A stretch of DNA of 64,000 nt from Eledone cirrhosa (GCA_964016885.1 OZ024741.1:299522001-299586000); one strand, 5' to 3'. Counted from the stretch's first letter, positions 27,217-41,485 are shown. Notes: generated from the letters alone by a model not told the origin. Program-made: numbers and translations.

Positions 27217-27278
27217 AGACAAGGAATATTGAACTAGTTTCGTTGTTGTTACAACTCATCAGCAATATTTACCTATCT
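27217..27278 (-). ncRNA. Minimal type I hammerhead ribozyme (unit 1)
   Basis: Minus strand: AATATTG-CTGATGA-GTTGT aaca ACAAC-GAAAC-TA-GTT-CAATATT. Intact core, 7-bp stem I extended by AGATAGG/CCTTGTCT, 5-bp stem II and palindromic stem III AACTAGTT. Confidence 0.9.
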
Positions 27279-27685
27279 TCCGGCCTCTCTAGAGAATCGT
27301 AAAAGCACATATCGTTATATGCTTTTTCTATGAAAATTAGTAGTGGGCAGACTAATTTGCATAGAGTGTGAGTAAGTACCGGTTCAACGGAGACGATAAA
27401 AACAAATAACGAAACGAAATTAAATTTCGTTTCGTTTGTAACTCACTTTTCTATGACTGACGCTTAAACAATTAAGTTAAAGATGTACATCCATATATGT
27501 ATACTGAAATACTAGTATGTATATGAATACACACACGTATACATATGTAGATGTACCAAGTTTTTTTTCACTGGTCACTTTACTGTGAGTGGCCAGCTAT
27601 TCTGTATGTAAACACACAGACAAACCGGTTTTTAGAGTCATACTGGTTTTTGAGGAAACACCTTTCCTCTATTCACCAGAAAGCC

Positions 27686-27747
27686 AGACAAGGAATATTG
27701 AACTAGTTTCGTTGTTGTTACAACTCATCAGCAATATTTACCTATCT
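27686..27747 (-). ncRNA. Minimal type I hammerhead ribozyme (unit 2)
   Basis: Identical to unit 1, offset by 469 bp. Confidence 0.9.
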
Positions 27748-28140
27748 TCCGGCCTCTCTAGAGAATCGTAAAAGCACATATCGTTATATGCTTTTTCTAT
27801 GAAAATTAGTAGTGGGCAGACTAATTTGCATAGAGTGTGAGTCAGTACCGGTTCAACGGAGACGATAAAAACAAATAACGAAACGAAATTAAATTTCGTT
27901 TCGTTAGTATTTCAGTATACATATATGGATGTACATCCTTAACTTAATTGTTTAAGCGTCAGTCATACAAAAGTGAGTTACAAACGAAACGAAATTTAAT
28001 TTCGTTTCGTTATTTGTTTTTATCGTCTCCGTTGAACCGGTACTTACTCACACTCTATGCAAATTAGTCTGCCCACTACTAATTTTCATAGAAAAAGCAT
28101 ATAACGATATGTGCTTTTACGATTCTCTAGAGAGGCCGGA

Positions 28141-28202
28141 AGATAGGTAAATATTGCTGATGAGTTGTAACAACAACGAAACTAGTTGAATATTCCTTGT
28201 CT
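28141..28202 (+). ncRNA. Minimal type I hammerhead ribozyme (inverted unit)
   Basis: AATATTG-CTGATGA-GTTGTAACAACAAC-GAAAC-TA-GTT-gAATATT. A C>G change breaks the first pair of stem I. Confidence 0.8.
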
Positions 28203-28650
28203 GGCTTTCTGGTGAATAGAGGAAAGGTGTTTCCTCAAAAACCAGTATGACTCTAAAAACCGGTTTGTCTGTGTGTTTACATACAGAATAGCTGGCCACT
28301 CACAGTAAAGTGACCAGTGAAAAAAAAACTTGGTACATCTACATATGTATACGTGTGTGTATTCATATACATACTAGTATTTCAGTATACATATATGGAT
28401 GTACATCTTTAACTTAATTATATATATATATATATGTGGAAAGTTATATTTAAATTGTTGGGTTAACAACGAGTAAATATTTATAACTGATATAAAAGCA
28501 CTCAACAAGTATTTGGAGTATATTTATGATATCAAATAAATGGAAACTATATTGTGGACAACTGTCCACAATATTTTTTACTGCCAAATCAACTTCCCAA
28601 ATGCAAGTCGATTGAAAGGTATGTCATATCTATTTATTTATAAGACTGTT

Positions 28651-28729
28651 TATATTGTATTTTGTCTGATGAAGGCATAACATATTGTTAATATGATATC
28701 CCTGAAATATATATAATGAATTAAATATG
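28651..28729 (+). ncRNA. Minimal type I hammerhead ribozyme in a pLTR-like remnant (28436-28770)
   Basis: CTGATGA-AGGcATAaCATATT gtt AATATGaTATcCCT-GAAAT-ATAT-ATA. Stem II differs in sequence from 25110-25187 but still pairs. Stem I is weaker. Confidence 0.7.
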
Positions 28730-28763
28730 GTTTTATAAATATAGTTTCCATTTATTTAATATC

Positions 28764-28794
<31 letters not shown>

Positions 28795-28830
28795 TATATA
28801 TATATATTAGAATTAAGGAAGCACTGATTA

Positions 28831-30200
28831 CACCGTGTAACAAACATTTTTTTCTCTCTCTTTCTGTCTTGTAATAACTTTTTTTGTGTTGCTTCGGTCC
28901 CAAATAAATAAAAAAAAGTGCTATTAAACAGTTAAAAGTTTGGTTTGTAAAAATTCTAAGCTATTCACTAGAATTATTTGTATGCTGGATTTTACGTTGT
29001 ATGTAAGTTTAATTTGCTTATGTTAAATGATTTTTTTTATATATGTTCGAAGGCTCCACAATGGAAACAAGTTCACGACACTGCCCCTAACTTATTCAGT
29101 CTGCCTGATGGAAGGTTACTACACTGTGAAAAATCCTCTTGGAAGCTGTGCAATACAACCAGTACAATCGGGAAATCATTGGAGACTTCAAGATGGTGGC
29201 TTTCCTGCTTGGACATGTGGCTTTATCAAATTCCAATGCTTGCTCTGCCTTTGGGACAGCAGAGCCACCTCTGACCACTACAAAAGAAAGAACTGGGAGC
29301 AGCGAACAGAATTTGTAGTTGGGACCCGGAACATCATGATGGAGCCACTTGTTGTTCCCAGGATTTTGCTCATGCCGCCACTGCACATTATGTTGGGGTT
29401 GATGAAGCAGTTTGTGAAGGCTCTCAACCAAGAATCAGCCACTTTTAAGTATCTTCTTGAGTTCTTCCCCCAGTTATCTGAGGCCAAAATCAAAGGTTGA
29501 ATTTTTGTTGGACCTCAGATAAAGAAGGTGTTTGAGTCTACCAAGTTCTCCAATAAGCTCAATAGAATTGAAAGAACAGCATGGAACTGTTTCAAGGCAG
29601 TTGTTAAAGGCTTCCTGGGCAACTACAGTGCTGAAAACTAACAGCAACTGGTGCAGGATCTGATAAAGGCTTTTGGTGCCATGGGATGCAGGATGTCGCT
29701 TAAACTTCATATGCTGGACGGTCACCTGGAAAAATTCAAGGACAATATGGGCGCCTACTCAGAAAAACAAGGCGAACGATTCCACCAAGATCTGAAAGAG
29801 ATAGAGCGGAGGTACCAGGGCCACTACAATGAAATAAAGGGGGACCATATCTGGGGGCTAGTGCGGCGGGAATGCGACCAGGACTACAACTGCAAATCCA
29901 GGAAATCCAGTCATTTCTGAGGTGTATAAGTTGCTTTATAAGTGTTGTTTGTTTTTACTTGTTTGCTTTTGATAAGCTTGTGTAATAAATTAAATATATA
30001 CTCTGTTGATTTAATTACATGAACTGATAAATTAAAAAAAATGTGTTTTTACTTGAAAAATATGAACATTTCAAAATATCAAACTCCTGACCACAAACCC
30101 AAACTTCTGATTAAATAAAGTATTTTTTTAATAATAATGGGATATACCAAATCAGGAAAAGATACTTCGGACCTGGGCTCAATAGATATGTTACACGGTG
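28831..30200 (+). mobile_element. Chapaev3-type (CMC) DNA transposon, internally deleted
   Basis: 12-bp TIRs CACCGTGTAACA (28831-28842) and TGTTACACGGTG (30189-30200), TTA duplicated on both sides, and transposase remnants inside. Confidence 0.85.
29027..29920 (+). pseudogene. Chapaev3-like transposase C-terminal half, disrupted
   Basis: CLLCLWDSRA..HY, PPLHIMLGLMKQFVKAL, LSEAKIKG*IFVGPQI and MSLKLHMLDGHL..F..NMGAYSEKQGERFHQD...ERRYQG. In-frame stops present and the N-terminus is missing. Confidence 0.8.
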
Positions 30201-30800
30201 TTATAGACAAAACACAACCACCAATCAATAATAGACTAGAACTCAACACCCAATTTTTAACATGATAGACCGCCTGGCCCCACACTTACACCCCACGTAC
30301 CCCCTCTCTCTCACACACACGCACACGCACACACACACACACGATTACACCTCCACTTATTCTCTCTCACACACATACACACACAAAGACCAGTTTTAAC
30401 ATGATAGAGCATCTAGCCCCCACATTTACATATAGACATATCCTCTCACACTCATACACACACAGGCATACTTACACTTTCACGTATTCTCCCACATACT
30501 TAAACATACATGTACAAAACCCATTTTAAAGGGAGACAACTCTTTATCCCCCTAACCTTCACTCTTTGACATTAGAGATAGAATGGAATTTCTATACCAT
30601 TTCCTGGCAGCATGACTTAGCAAGCTAATTAGAACACTAGATTAACCCCTTTACTTCCCTCTGAAGAAGAGATATTATCTCAAAAATTAAGGATATTCAA
30701 ATAAATTTAAGGTAAAAGACTAATTGTCAACAATATATTTTGCATTTTTATTTATATTCTATATCCATACCTACATTGTTTTGGTCTTCCAACTCCAAAC

Positions 30801-30871
<71 letters not shown>

Positions 30872-33450
30872 CATAGTGTATTTTGCAATACACTGTATGC
30901 TTAATTAAAAGCACTTTGAAGACATTACGCTATTGTTTTAAAGTAGTGACAATGTCACTTACTTCTATTTTCAGCAAACAAGGGGAGATAAGCTGACAGA
31001 GCTCTGTTTTGTACTTGTTGGCACTTATCAAAGCTCAGCACTCCTCCTGTCTGCTGAAAATTATTAATGTTGGATTCTTATAGAATTCCAGTAATAATCA
31101 GGAACTGATTATACAGAGCGATTGCCGGTCCAGCAAAAATTAGAATTGGTGCTTTGAAATAGAAGGTGTGACAAACTCATATCAATGTTTAACTGAAATT
31201 GCCTCGCTAATTTTGTTTACGCATTCATTTCTACATAAATGCATATGTACATTAATATATACACACATAAATGCATACATACACGAATATATATATAGAG
31301 ACAGACGTAGAGATAAGCGTACATATGTAATCACATAAGATCTCTTGCAAATATGTGTCAGAATTGAATATACTTTTCAGTTTTACCGCTAATATAACAC
31401 AATGAGTTGAATATCAACGTTAACTCACATTGTTTGTCTGCCTCTATCTCTCTCTCCCACCTCTCTATTTCTATCACTCTCTGCTTCTATATTTGTATGT
31501 CAGTTTCTCACATCATCACACTTTATGTGCATATACATATGTTTGTGTGCATGTATGTTTGCTATTGTATGTGTGTGTGTGTGTGTGTGTGTGTAAGACA
31601 TGCCACGGTTAGCATGGAAGGACACATTGGGTACTATACTTCCTGATATACAAATTATATAGATAATCAGCACTGGAACCCCTTTAATCGTATGTCTGCT
31701 GGATCAGACTTAACATAGGTCTAAATTCAATAACGGGAAACTCTACGTTGCAAAAGAACAGGAAAATTTGACTTTTGGTTTAACCTCTAGATATTGAAGC
31801 TTAGTCCCATACTTTACACGCTCAAGCTGATCTCCCCCAACCTCCCGCAAATTTCACACCTAATGTCTCTAAAATAAATAAATCGCATAATATAATACCT
31901 GATACAGAACATAAAATGGCCGTGAATTGGCAGATTGGTTTAACTGTCGAATAAAATTTCGAATAAAATCGTTTCGCAGTGCTATTAGGTCTAAATATAC
32001 GAAGGTCAAATTTGCATTTCATCATTTCGAGGTCGATAAAAATAGTTCGAGGTCAGTACTTAGGGTGGTTCATACACTATGTCACGTTATCACTTCTTCT
32101 CTTTCTTTCTCTCGCTCTCTCTTTCATTTAGAAGGATGAAGACGGATGGTGTTCACCGCATTTAAAAGGTCCAAGAAACGCCGTATGTAACTAAAGTGCC
32201 CCTACAAATCTTCGTAGTGTTACGGGTTCATTCATACACACATACAAAATATCAACTGGTTCACTGCTGGAGCGCCCTTTATCACATGTCAGTTCGATCA
32301 GACACAATAACAACTAAGAAATCCCTTGCGGATGACAATTGGCCTACTAAATATATGAAAGCATAATTTAGAATGTAGTCCTTTTAATTTTAATGACTAT
32401 TCTCGCGCATTTCTTTGATCGAAACACTGGAAGAATCATCTTTGAAACCGACGGTGGCTTTTTAATTTCAAAGAAATATGCAGATGAGACACTTTAAATC
32501 TAAAGAATTATGTATATACTGTTGACTGTGATCTCTTTTCTTTTCTAAATTAAAAGAAAAAAACGTTTGGCTTCTGTAGTGATTGCGGCTGTTATGCAAA
32601 TTACCTCTCTTTAAGTACAACATATCAAATGAAATTAATTCATCTGCGTATATATCAAAATAAGAGGTTGAGAATCACATTCCAGTACACGCTATATTTT
32701 AATGGTATACTTTAGGGAACTGACACCAAATTGTAAATATGTTTTATGAAATACAGATAGCACCAACCAAATAGACATAAAAAAGCACTCAAAGACACAT
32801 AGAAATGTGTAAGGATATATATATATTTATATATACATATATTTACACACATAAACACACACACACACATGTGGATAAATATATATGTAGATAAATCTAC
32901 CAAAATATACGGTAGTGTCCAATCCGTATGAAGAACTCAATGTAATCCAAATATCATGAAAAGAGAAATGTAATTTTTTCGATGAAAATCACAAGAAAAC
33001 ATTATTTCTGAAGACAGCATATATATGTGTAGGTATGTATATTCCCTCTGATAGTTTGTAAAATTTTTTACATAGATCTATATGATATACATACCAACAC
33101 ACACATATATATCCTAGAAACGATCGTAAAATGATGAATTTTTTAATATAAGGAACTGTTTCTTTGTTTTAATTCATTGTTTTTATTAATTTATGTATAT
33201 ATATAAAATGATTTAATTCATATAGAAATTACCACATTTGAAATTATGTCTCTCCTGATATTTTCTATACATCTTGCATCTTTTCTATAGGACATACTGA
33301 GTACCTTATTTAACTGTGATCTCTTCCCATTTTTCTTCAGTAAACCATTCTTCATCGACAAGCACACACACACACAAACTCACGCACACACACACACACA
33401 AACACATACACTCATATATACAGTCATATATACACTCATATAAACACACA

Positions 33451-33488
<38 letters not shown>

Positions 33489-33679
33489 TAATTTCATATA
33501 GGAATGACTTCTACGAGATTCATTTGATGTCATTGTCTTTTCTGATATTTTCAAACGAATGAAAGCGATAAGTCATGTCTATATGATACAAGTCCTGCAA
33601 CTTGTCTACATAAAATAATGAGTACCTTCTCAAAACAATACTTCATCAGACACAGACATAGATGTACACTCCCCCTCCC

Positions 33680-33715
<36 letters not shown>

Positions 33716-34627
33716 ATATATGTATATATATATATATGTGTGTGTGTGTGAGTGTGTGTGTGTGCGCGTGTGTGTGTAAAGAGGTTGGAAACCCAGCTAC
33801 GACCGGTAAAATTAAACAAACATATAAATAATCATCAAATTAATTGCCACGCTAACACAGAAACCTTCTAAACAACTCGAATGTCAGTCATTGAATTCTC
33901 AAGCCCTATTTTCCCTATATATATAAATCGGAAATAATCATGACGTACAGATACCAGAGAAGGTGCACACTCTCCGCATGGTATCCAGCGGGAAGCCCAG
34001 GCTAACGGTATGCGGCGGAGCGTTCTCCAACAGGAGTGGCGAAACGGGTTCAAGGGATCAGGCACCATATCCTGATAAATTATATATGCCCCGTCGAGTA
34101 AACCGAAATAACCCGATAGGCATACCCGACTCTGCACGTCACCCCAGGCAAGAACATCGCCTGAGCTGGGACAGGTTGACCCGGATTCCACTGACTTCCA
34201 GTCAAATACATTACACCTATAGGACAATATACCTCAACCACAGCGACATACTCCAGTATGGCCGGTCCACGCACCCCCATGCTTGTGTATCTTTTCAATA
34301 GAGAGTCCATACTCTCAACGTATTCCATCTTGTAACACATATTATATTTTATGTATATCTCATACTTCTTCTGTGTACTCATACGCATACACGTTCCTCC
34401 TTTTTTTTATATATCTCTATGTGACGATATATGTATATTTTTAATATATTGCATATTTTTTTTATATATGTGTATATACATTTGTGTGTATGTAGATGTA
34501 TATATATATGTTTATATATATATATACATCTATATATATGTATATATATATATAAACAATTGTAACGCAACATAAATTGAGTTCAAATGCATCACTGATA
34601 TTTTATTTTATATATATATATATATAT

Positions 34628-34754
34628 AACGAATGAAGTGTGGTAAGGAACCAGATGGATCATAACGCACCAGAGTATTCAATACTTAGGGTAGTAGAGT
34701 GGGTAATAGGAAACGGCTTGAGCTGTGCCGTCGGGTTCTTGAACATTTTCCTAT
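34628..34754. mobile_element. Copy of the 11641-11846 element (opposite orientation, one palindrome arm deleted)
   Basis: GTGGTAAGGAACCAGATGG...GGGTAGTAGAGTGGG-AATAGGAAACGGCTTGAGC, located within (TA)n. Confidence 0.8.
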
Positions 34755-35309
34755 ATATATCTTTATATATATGCATACATATACAAGGAAAAATGATATT
34801 ATTGTTGATGCTTTACAAAGTGTAGTTGTAATTGTGTTCGTATTCAATTGTTTGATCAGAATAACGTGTTACTTGCATAAAAACTATTTCAGACCTAATC
34901 TTCCACATGTGAAACTACCTTTGAAAATATAGTCTTGGTATATATATATATGAGGAATGAGATTTTCTATAAAAAATCTGCAACTATAGTGGAATCAGTT
35001 GTGTTTAAAAATAAGCTTAAAGCATGTGCGTAGATTATATTAAAAGGAGACCCAAATGAATAAGACCAGTTTGAAAATTTCTTTAAAGCAAGACAATCTT
35101 AACTTCTGGTCAGACTTTTAACTTTCGATCATTAAAGAGTTACTAGAGCTAAAACCTTGTAAAACATTTGATCATTATAGAATAACAACCACCAGAAAAT
35201 TTATTCGTATCGTATTTCAAATACATTTTCCCGAAGAAGGATGTCTTTCATGTTTTCTATACACACACACACCCATCCATACACAGCCATCCCCCCCCCA
35301 CACAGAGAC

Positions 35310-35349
<40 letters not shown>

Positions 35350-35509
35350 TATATACGTGTGTGTGTGTGTGTGGTTTACATGAAAAGTAAAGATGTACTA
35401 TCGAAATTAAACCGCAGATAATTACTTTGGCAGCAAAAGAAACATTTGATATTCGTGAAAATATTCTTATTATAGTATCTTTAGAGCGTCGAACAACAGG
35501 ACCTAGGCA

Positions 35510-35820
35510 TATAGTTACGTCCCTTTTCGTGCTGGGATAATATACTACCGTGGTTAGCTTTTCCTTTTAAATGTGTGGGCTCAATAAAGTAAAGTACCAA
35601 TAACGCATAGGAGTTGATTTAATTGAATATCCTCTCCCCAAATATTACTGGCCTTGCGCCTAAAAAAAAAGCATTATTAGTTACGTCCCTTTACGATCTG
35701 AGTTCAAATCCCACCGAGGTTGACTTTGCCTTTCATCCTTACGGGGTCGATAAAATAAAGTACCAGTAATGCACTGGGTAATTTCTGGCCTTGTGCCTAA
35801 AGTAGAAACAATTATTATTA
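35510..35820 (+). mobile_element. Old SINE copy followed by a younger 5'-truncated copy
   Basis: Degenerate copy at ~35510-35675. Clean B-box, core and (TTA)n tail at 35678-35820. Confidence 0.8.
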
Positions 35821-36026
35821 TTATTATTATTATCATTATTGTATTAGGACAGTGCTGCATTCTATTGTTTTTTTCTCTCAAAGATGAGTGAGGGCGGCAA
35901 TATTGACGAGGGTGAATGGGCTTACACTGATTAGGTTTTCTAAGCAGGAGAAAGGAAACCGGGATAGCGCAGCTTCAATTCCCTTGAAGCAACAGATTGA
36001 CACAGAGTTTCATTCAGTATTTCATT

Positions 36027-36250
36027 CAGTTCCTCCTACTATTGGGGAACTGTTCCTTGTTAAATGTGACATGAACAGACTTCTAAAAGTATTTCAATTG
36101 CAAGATTTTAGAATTATTCAATACCATATATATATATATATATATATATATGGTATTGTATAATTCTATAATTTTGCATTTGAAGTAGTTTTAGAAGTGT
36201 TTTCATGTCACGTTTAATAAGGACCACTTCCCCAATAGTAGAATGAACTG
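36027..36250. repeat. Imperfect palindrome (~100-bp arms) centred on a (TA)n tract
   Basis: CTACTATTGGGGAA...AGAATTAT-CAATACC(AT)n GGTATTG-ATAATTCT...TTCCCCAATAGTAG. Confidence 0.85.
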
Positions 36251-36625
36251 CACTTCGGGTTCATTCCAGAATACATTTTTATCAACATTGAAAGGATGAA
36301 ATGAACAGGGAACTCACCATTATTTGACACCAGAGCGCAGTCATCCGGAACTAATTCCACAAAGCAGTCTATTTGATAATGCTAAGAATTATCAACATAG
36401 AATGCTTTTTCGATTTAGTAGTTCTTCAAATCGCTTAAACGAAACCCTTTCTATACTACACCATCGATGTGTCCTCATAGGTGACTATGCTGTGTAATGG
36501 CTTACGAAAGTAGAAGGGTTGACGAAACAATACCTTTCTCTTCTGCGCATTTGTATACATATACATACATATATATATTATTAAAGGACTTTAACATCTG
36601 AAAGTACTTCGCTTTTCCTTATTCA

Positions 36626-36655
<30 letters not shown>

Positions 36656-36660
<5 letters not shown>

Positions 36661-36773
36661 AAAAAGTATGACCCAGGGTCCTACCGTTTCCTATTTCCCA
36701 CTCAACTACCCTAAGTAGTGAGTACTCTGGTGCGTTATGGTCCATCTGGTCCCTTGCCACAATTTCTTTGTTG
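36656..36773. mobile_element. Third copy of the 11641-11846 element (palindrome collapsed)
   Basis: ATAGGAAAAAGTATGACCC...TTTCCTATTTCCCACTC..CTACCCTAAGTA..GAGTACTCTGGTGCGTTATGG, located within (TA)n. Confidence 0.8.
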
Positions 36774-36805
<32 letters not shown>

Positions 36806-39308
36806 GTTGTGCGAACATATAGGCTAAATTGTTTTTACGCCAACAGGGTATCCACGGAGTTCTACTCATCAATACATTTGGTAGTGGGTTGCCTGTTTAG
36901 TCACCGGTGACTCAAGCCTAAAATATATTTTATTGGGTTATATGTTACTACTAGTGCTCAAAAGCAGTCGGGCATACATACACACATACATACTCACATG
37001 TATATATATATATACATGCATACGTTTGGACATACATATATAAACAGTCGTCAAATGGCGCAATAGATCTCGTGCTGCTATATAGACTCCTTTAGCCCGT
37101 GGGACAGTCTTAAACCTCGTCTTTTATTCTAGGTCTCAGAACTGTTACACGGGGTACAGGAGTCCTCGATCTTCTGAGTAAGAAATACCATATTTGTTGA
37201 ATACATCTTTGGTCATCCTTTTCAAATGCAATTGATTCTGTCTTCAAGCTTGTATGTTAACTTGCATTACTATCACCCCGTTTAAATACAATCTTCGTGT
37301 TACTTCTGGAGTCGTCCAAATCAACTTTCGGTCCATGTATTCAATAATTCCACATTCACTGACAGGGGATAAAACACGTTTCTTCTAATAACACAGCCGA
37401 GCTCTTCTCAATGAGTATATACATCTTTTGCAATATCTCACATCCTGAAAATATCTCATTAATGTATACCCCAGAGGGTTAGCGCAGGACATTCAGGTGA
37501 AATGTATGCAAATACAACAAGAAAAACATATTTTCATTTCAATATAGCAGTGACTGACATATTTAGTAGCATATCCAAGTTGAGTGTTATCAGTAATATA
37601 TATTTCTCACTAGCATCCTTATCATCATAATTCCTATCATCATCATCTTAATCATCATAATTCACGCCGCCATAATTATTTTTCCTTTCATCATCAACAT
37701 AATTTGTGACCCGATCATCATAATTGTCATTGTTACCCAACATATTTTAACCGACAGGGAACTCAATAGCATTTATATATCGTGTATTTTAATGGCTAGA
37801 AATAGTAACATTACCTGTACTAGAGTAATATAACTTATCTCAAACTACTCTGAAAAGTATGTCTTTGATATAAAAGATTTTTGACATTTATGGGCACAGA
37901 AAATATAGAAATAAGGATTCATTTTAAATATGACTAATGATACATTGCCAGGTAAATGATTTAAGAGTATTTTGGAAGATGGATTACCTGACGTTCGTGA
38001 CCATTTGCATCTACCATGCATGTGTACATATATTATGTATCCGGGATAATCTTAAGTGAAATTTCTCAGAGTGCGTGCTTCTACTAGGTTATCTCAACTA
38101 AACACAACATAGATATTCATTAAAACGTAAACAAATGTCAAGGCAAGACATTCAAACTAAATTTAATTCACATTTAGCATCCGTTTATTTAATTTGTATA
38201 GCATTGTGTAGGCTTGAATGATAGAAATATTGTACGTGGGTGTTAGAATTACTTCTTCCTATGACAAAAAGCTATAATTAGCCCCCAAACATTACGTTAT
38301 AATTTACAGTTGTAAATTAATAGTTGTTATTTCAACTGTCACTTTGGACATGAGATAGCACATGATCTCAGCTTCTATCTCACTTTGCAGCACTTTAGGC
38401 ATGTTTCAGATACCAATGCTGTGCGTTGTCGTGAGAATTCTATGTACAAACGGACAGACGGAAGTATGCGAAAGTCATTTAGATGAATATATGGATAGGT
38501 GTTAACTAAACATTCACCCTGTTAAACACAAGTAGCTTGTATCTGTGTGCTTATGGCCAAGGCTAATCTGTCGCATGACTTTGGCCCAGAATTCCTGTCT
38601 CTAGATATATTCATATCTTTTACCTCCTATTTATATAACTTTTGCCATTCCACCCCCCTAATCTAGGGGCGCTGCTACGTTATCGGTACTGACTCTGACT
38701 AAGCGTAAAATAAAATATAAATATTACACCTACGATACATTTCGTTAATCCCACTTTAGAATGTGAATAGGTCTGAAGTTTCATGTCTAAATAACTGTCG
38801 GTGTTTATTGCTATACTCTTAAATTATTGTTAAATAATTCAACATTTGTTATTGTTGTAATATCTCTTATATTTTTCATTGAAGATTAACCGCTGAAGCA
38901 ATAACAGTTTTCTGCTTGGTCAAACAAATTTCTCTATTGACCTTAGACAGAATTCAATGGTTGTAGGGTTAGAAGTTTTAATGGTATCATAAAGGATACA
39001 GCTCTTAAACATTAGCTCAGGTAAAATAATTTGGCACCAGGTCACACAGACTCATGCACAAACACATACACACACACACACACACGCATACATATATATA
39101 TGTGTGTGTGGGTGTATGTGTGTATATGTGAATGTATATATATATTTGTGTTTTTGAGTGAGTATGTATGTGTATGTACTTATATAGACACAACAAATTA
39201 CGTAGACACAACAACTTACGTAAACTCATATATATTAAGCTAACAATTTACCTATGTACCTTTCTACCGATTTTCTCTCTCTCGCTGTAGATTTCTAGGC
39301 ACAAACAT

Positions 39309-39342
<34 letters not shown>

Positions 39343-39892
39343 GAATGAAAGAGTCATGATCCTGGCATATGTATATGAATTTACCGGTTTCGGATATGAA
39401 TTTTTCGAATGGTAAGTTGGATGGAGATATTTGTGGCATCTTCGTACATTTCTTTTCATTTTTTGCCAAATGTTTTCTCAAATTACTATTTGTTTAAAGT
39501 AAGGAATGGCTTAGGCAGATCACGTGAGTGATATAGTGATGTGTATAATTTTGCGCCCCAAATTGATAATCACTTCATTAGGATTAGCATCTCAATTTTA
39601 GAGTTTGCGACACAAATTATTTTTTTTGAAGGTTCAGTGAACGTTGATAGTGAGAATTTCAAAAGAATCCGTATATACTTCATTGTGTGAAGTAGTCAAG
39701 TTTGTCTGAAGAATTGTTTGTAGCAATCCTCCCTCCTCACAAATTATATTGAGTACATAGAAAGTTTATTCATGTTTGTGATATATATATATATAAATAA
39801 GTGTTTAGATTGATATCCAGTGATTTCGTTCTCGTTGTTTATAATGTTCTGAACAATATTATTTGGATCACTCGCATTAATTGTAAACAGTT

Positions 39893-41441
39893 ACATAGAC
39901 ACGTACTTTGGTTCCGTTAGCTTATGCACCCTAACTTATTCAGCTTGTTATGTATGTAAAGATGGCCTCTGGTGGTTGAATGTAATTTCTTTTGGGAGGA
40001 TTATCCGAGAGCTCTTAAAGGCAGGTGATTTAGAAAATAGCCACAAATAAGTATTGGCAGTGTTGGTAGAGGGTCGGACGCCATGCTTTGCAGCAAAGAG
40101 TTACCAAACAGTTAGAATAATAAAATCACAGGCGCCTGTTGATTTTCCTTCTGTGTATCATTAGTTAATTAACTAAGTTTGTTTAGTAACCGTGTAGTTA
40201 ATTAATCATTAATTGTTTAATCGGTCGTCATTCATCCTGTAAATTTCCCAACGACTCTACGTAATCCTATGTTTCCCCTCTTTGATCTGATGTTTTAATT
40301 ACTCAATATGTTCTCATATATATATACATGAACAGACACAGACAAACAGGCTCACTCGCAGACACACACAAGCACACATATAAAGATATTACTGTATATA
40401 TATACAGGGATGTAACCGAGAGCGTACCAACATGTTTAAACATATACACAATCTAATTTTTAAGTATGTAAACATGCCATAAAATAGGGGATTCCCTCTA
40501 AATTGAAAAAAACTATAAACAAACAATTGTGGCCGGATATGTGCCTCTCCGGGAGACTATCCAGCTATACATCCCATGGTAATTTGTGACAGAAGAGTGT
40601 ATTTACACTTTTACCCTGTGGGAGGATAGACCGGTATATACAATTATTGTACAACAGAAATAAATAAAATTGCTCTCATTAAACCGAACTGCTTATATTG
40701 ACGGGAGATTAAGCTCTCAACCAAAGGTTTTCACAGTTTTTTTAATATCACATCGGAATATGAAGCCAGTTTATGTGTAACACATATATATTGAAAGACA
40801 TACCATATACCGCATATATATTTTATGTGAAATATTATCCGGTTTTGTAGTCTATATGCAATCGGTGGTTTTCAATATGCGTCATGTTCCCGTAGTGTAT
40901 ATGTCTTTTAAAATAGTTTATTATGTCTCTATTTCCGTGGCAAAATATCTCGTCGTTTTACATTTTTCATATATTGTTTGAAAAGGAAAAAATATACAGA
41001 TCTATTTAGGGATGTAAATTATATATTTGTAAGTTATTCTCTTCATTTTGTATAGTTTGTTTTTTCACTCAGAAAAATATTGATTTCAAAATCTTTTCAA
41101 AATATCTTCATAAGCAATCTTTAGTAGATATTTCTAGACGAAAAAGATTATATAATGAAAAGATTTTTCCTATTGCTATTTCACCAAGGAACAACAGATT
41201 GTGTATAAAATATTAAATATACATAACATATTTCTTTTGCTTAAATCGTCTTTTTTAAACATCAAAACCATATTGCTTACTAAAATATTCACCGTCTCCA
41301 AACATATTGACAGCGAATCGAATTCTTTTGTCGGATCATGTCACTTTCTGTCTTCATATGTACACTTAAAGATATGCACAAACACACACACACGCCCACA
41401 TATATTATACATACCACACACACACACACATACAGCCACAT

Positions 41442-41485
<44 letters not shown>

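Noticed and set aside
27120-28299. 60-aa ORF repeated three times (MASYSVCKH...)
   Set aside because: GTG start, no recognisable motif and antisense to the hammerhead. It is a by-product of the repeat.
30650-30720. CTGAAGA-AGAGATATTATCTC-AAAA hammerhead candidate
   Set aside because: GAAA is missing and stems I and III cannot be placed unambiguously. At best a decayed motif.
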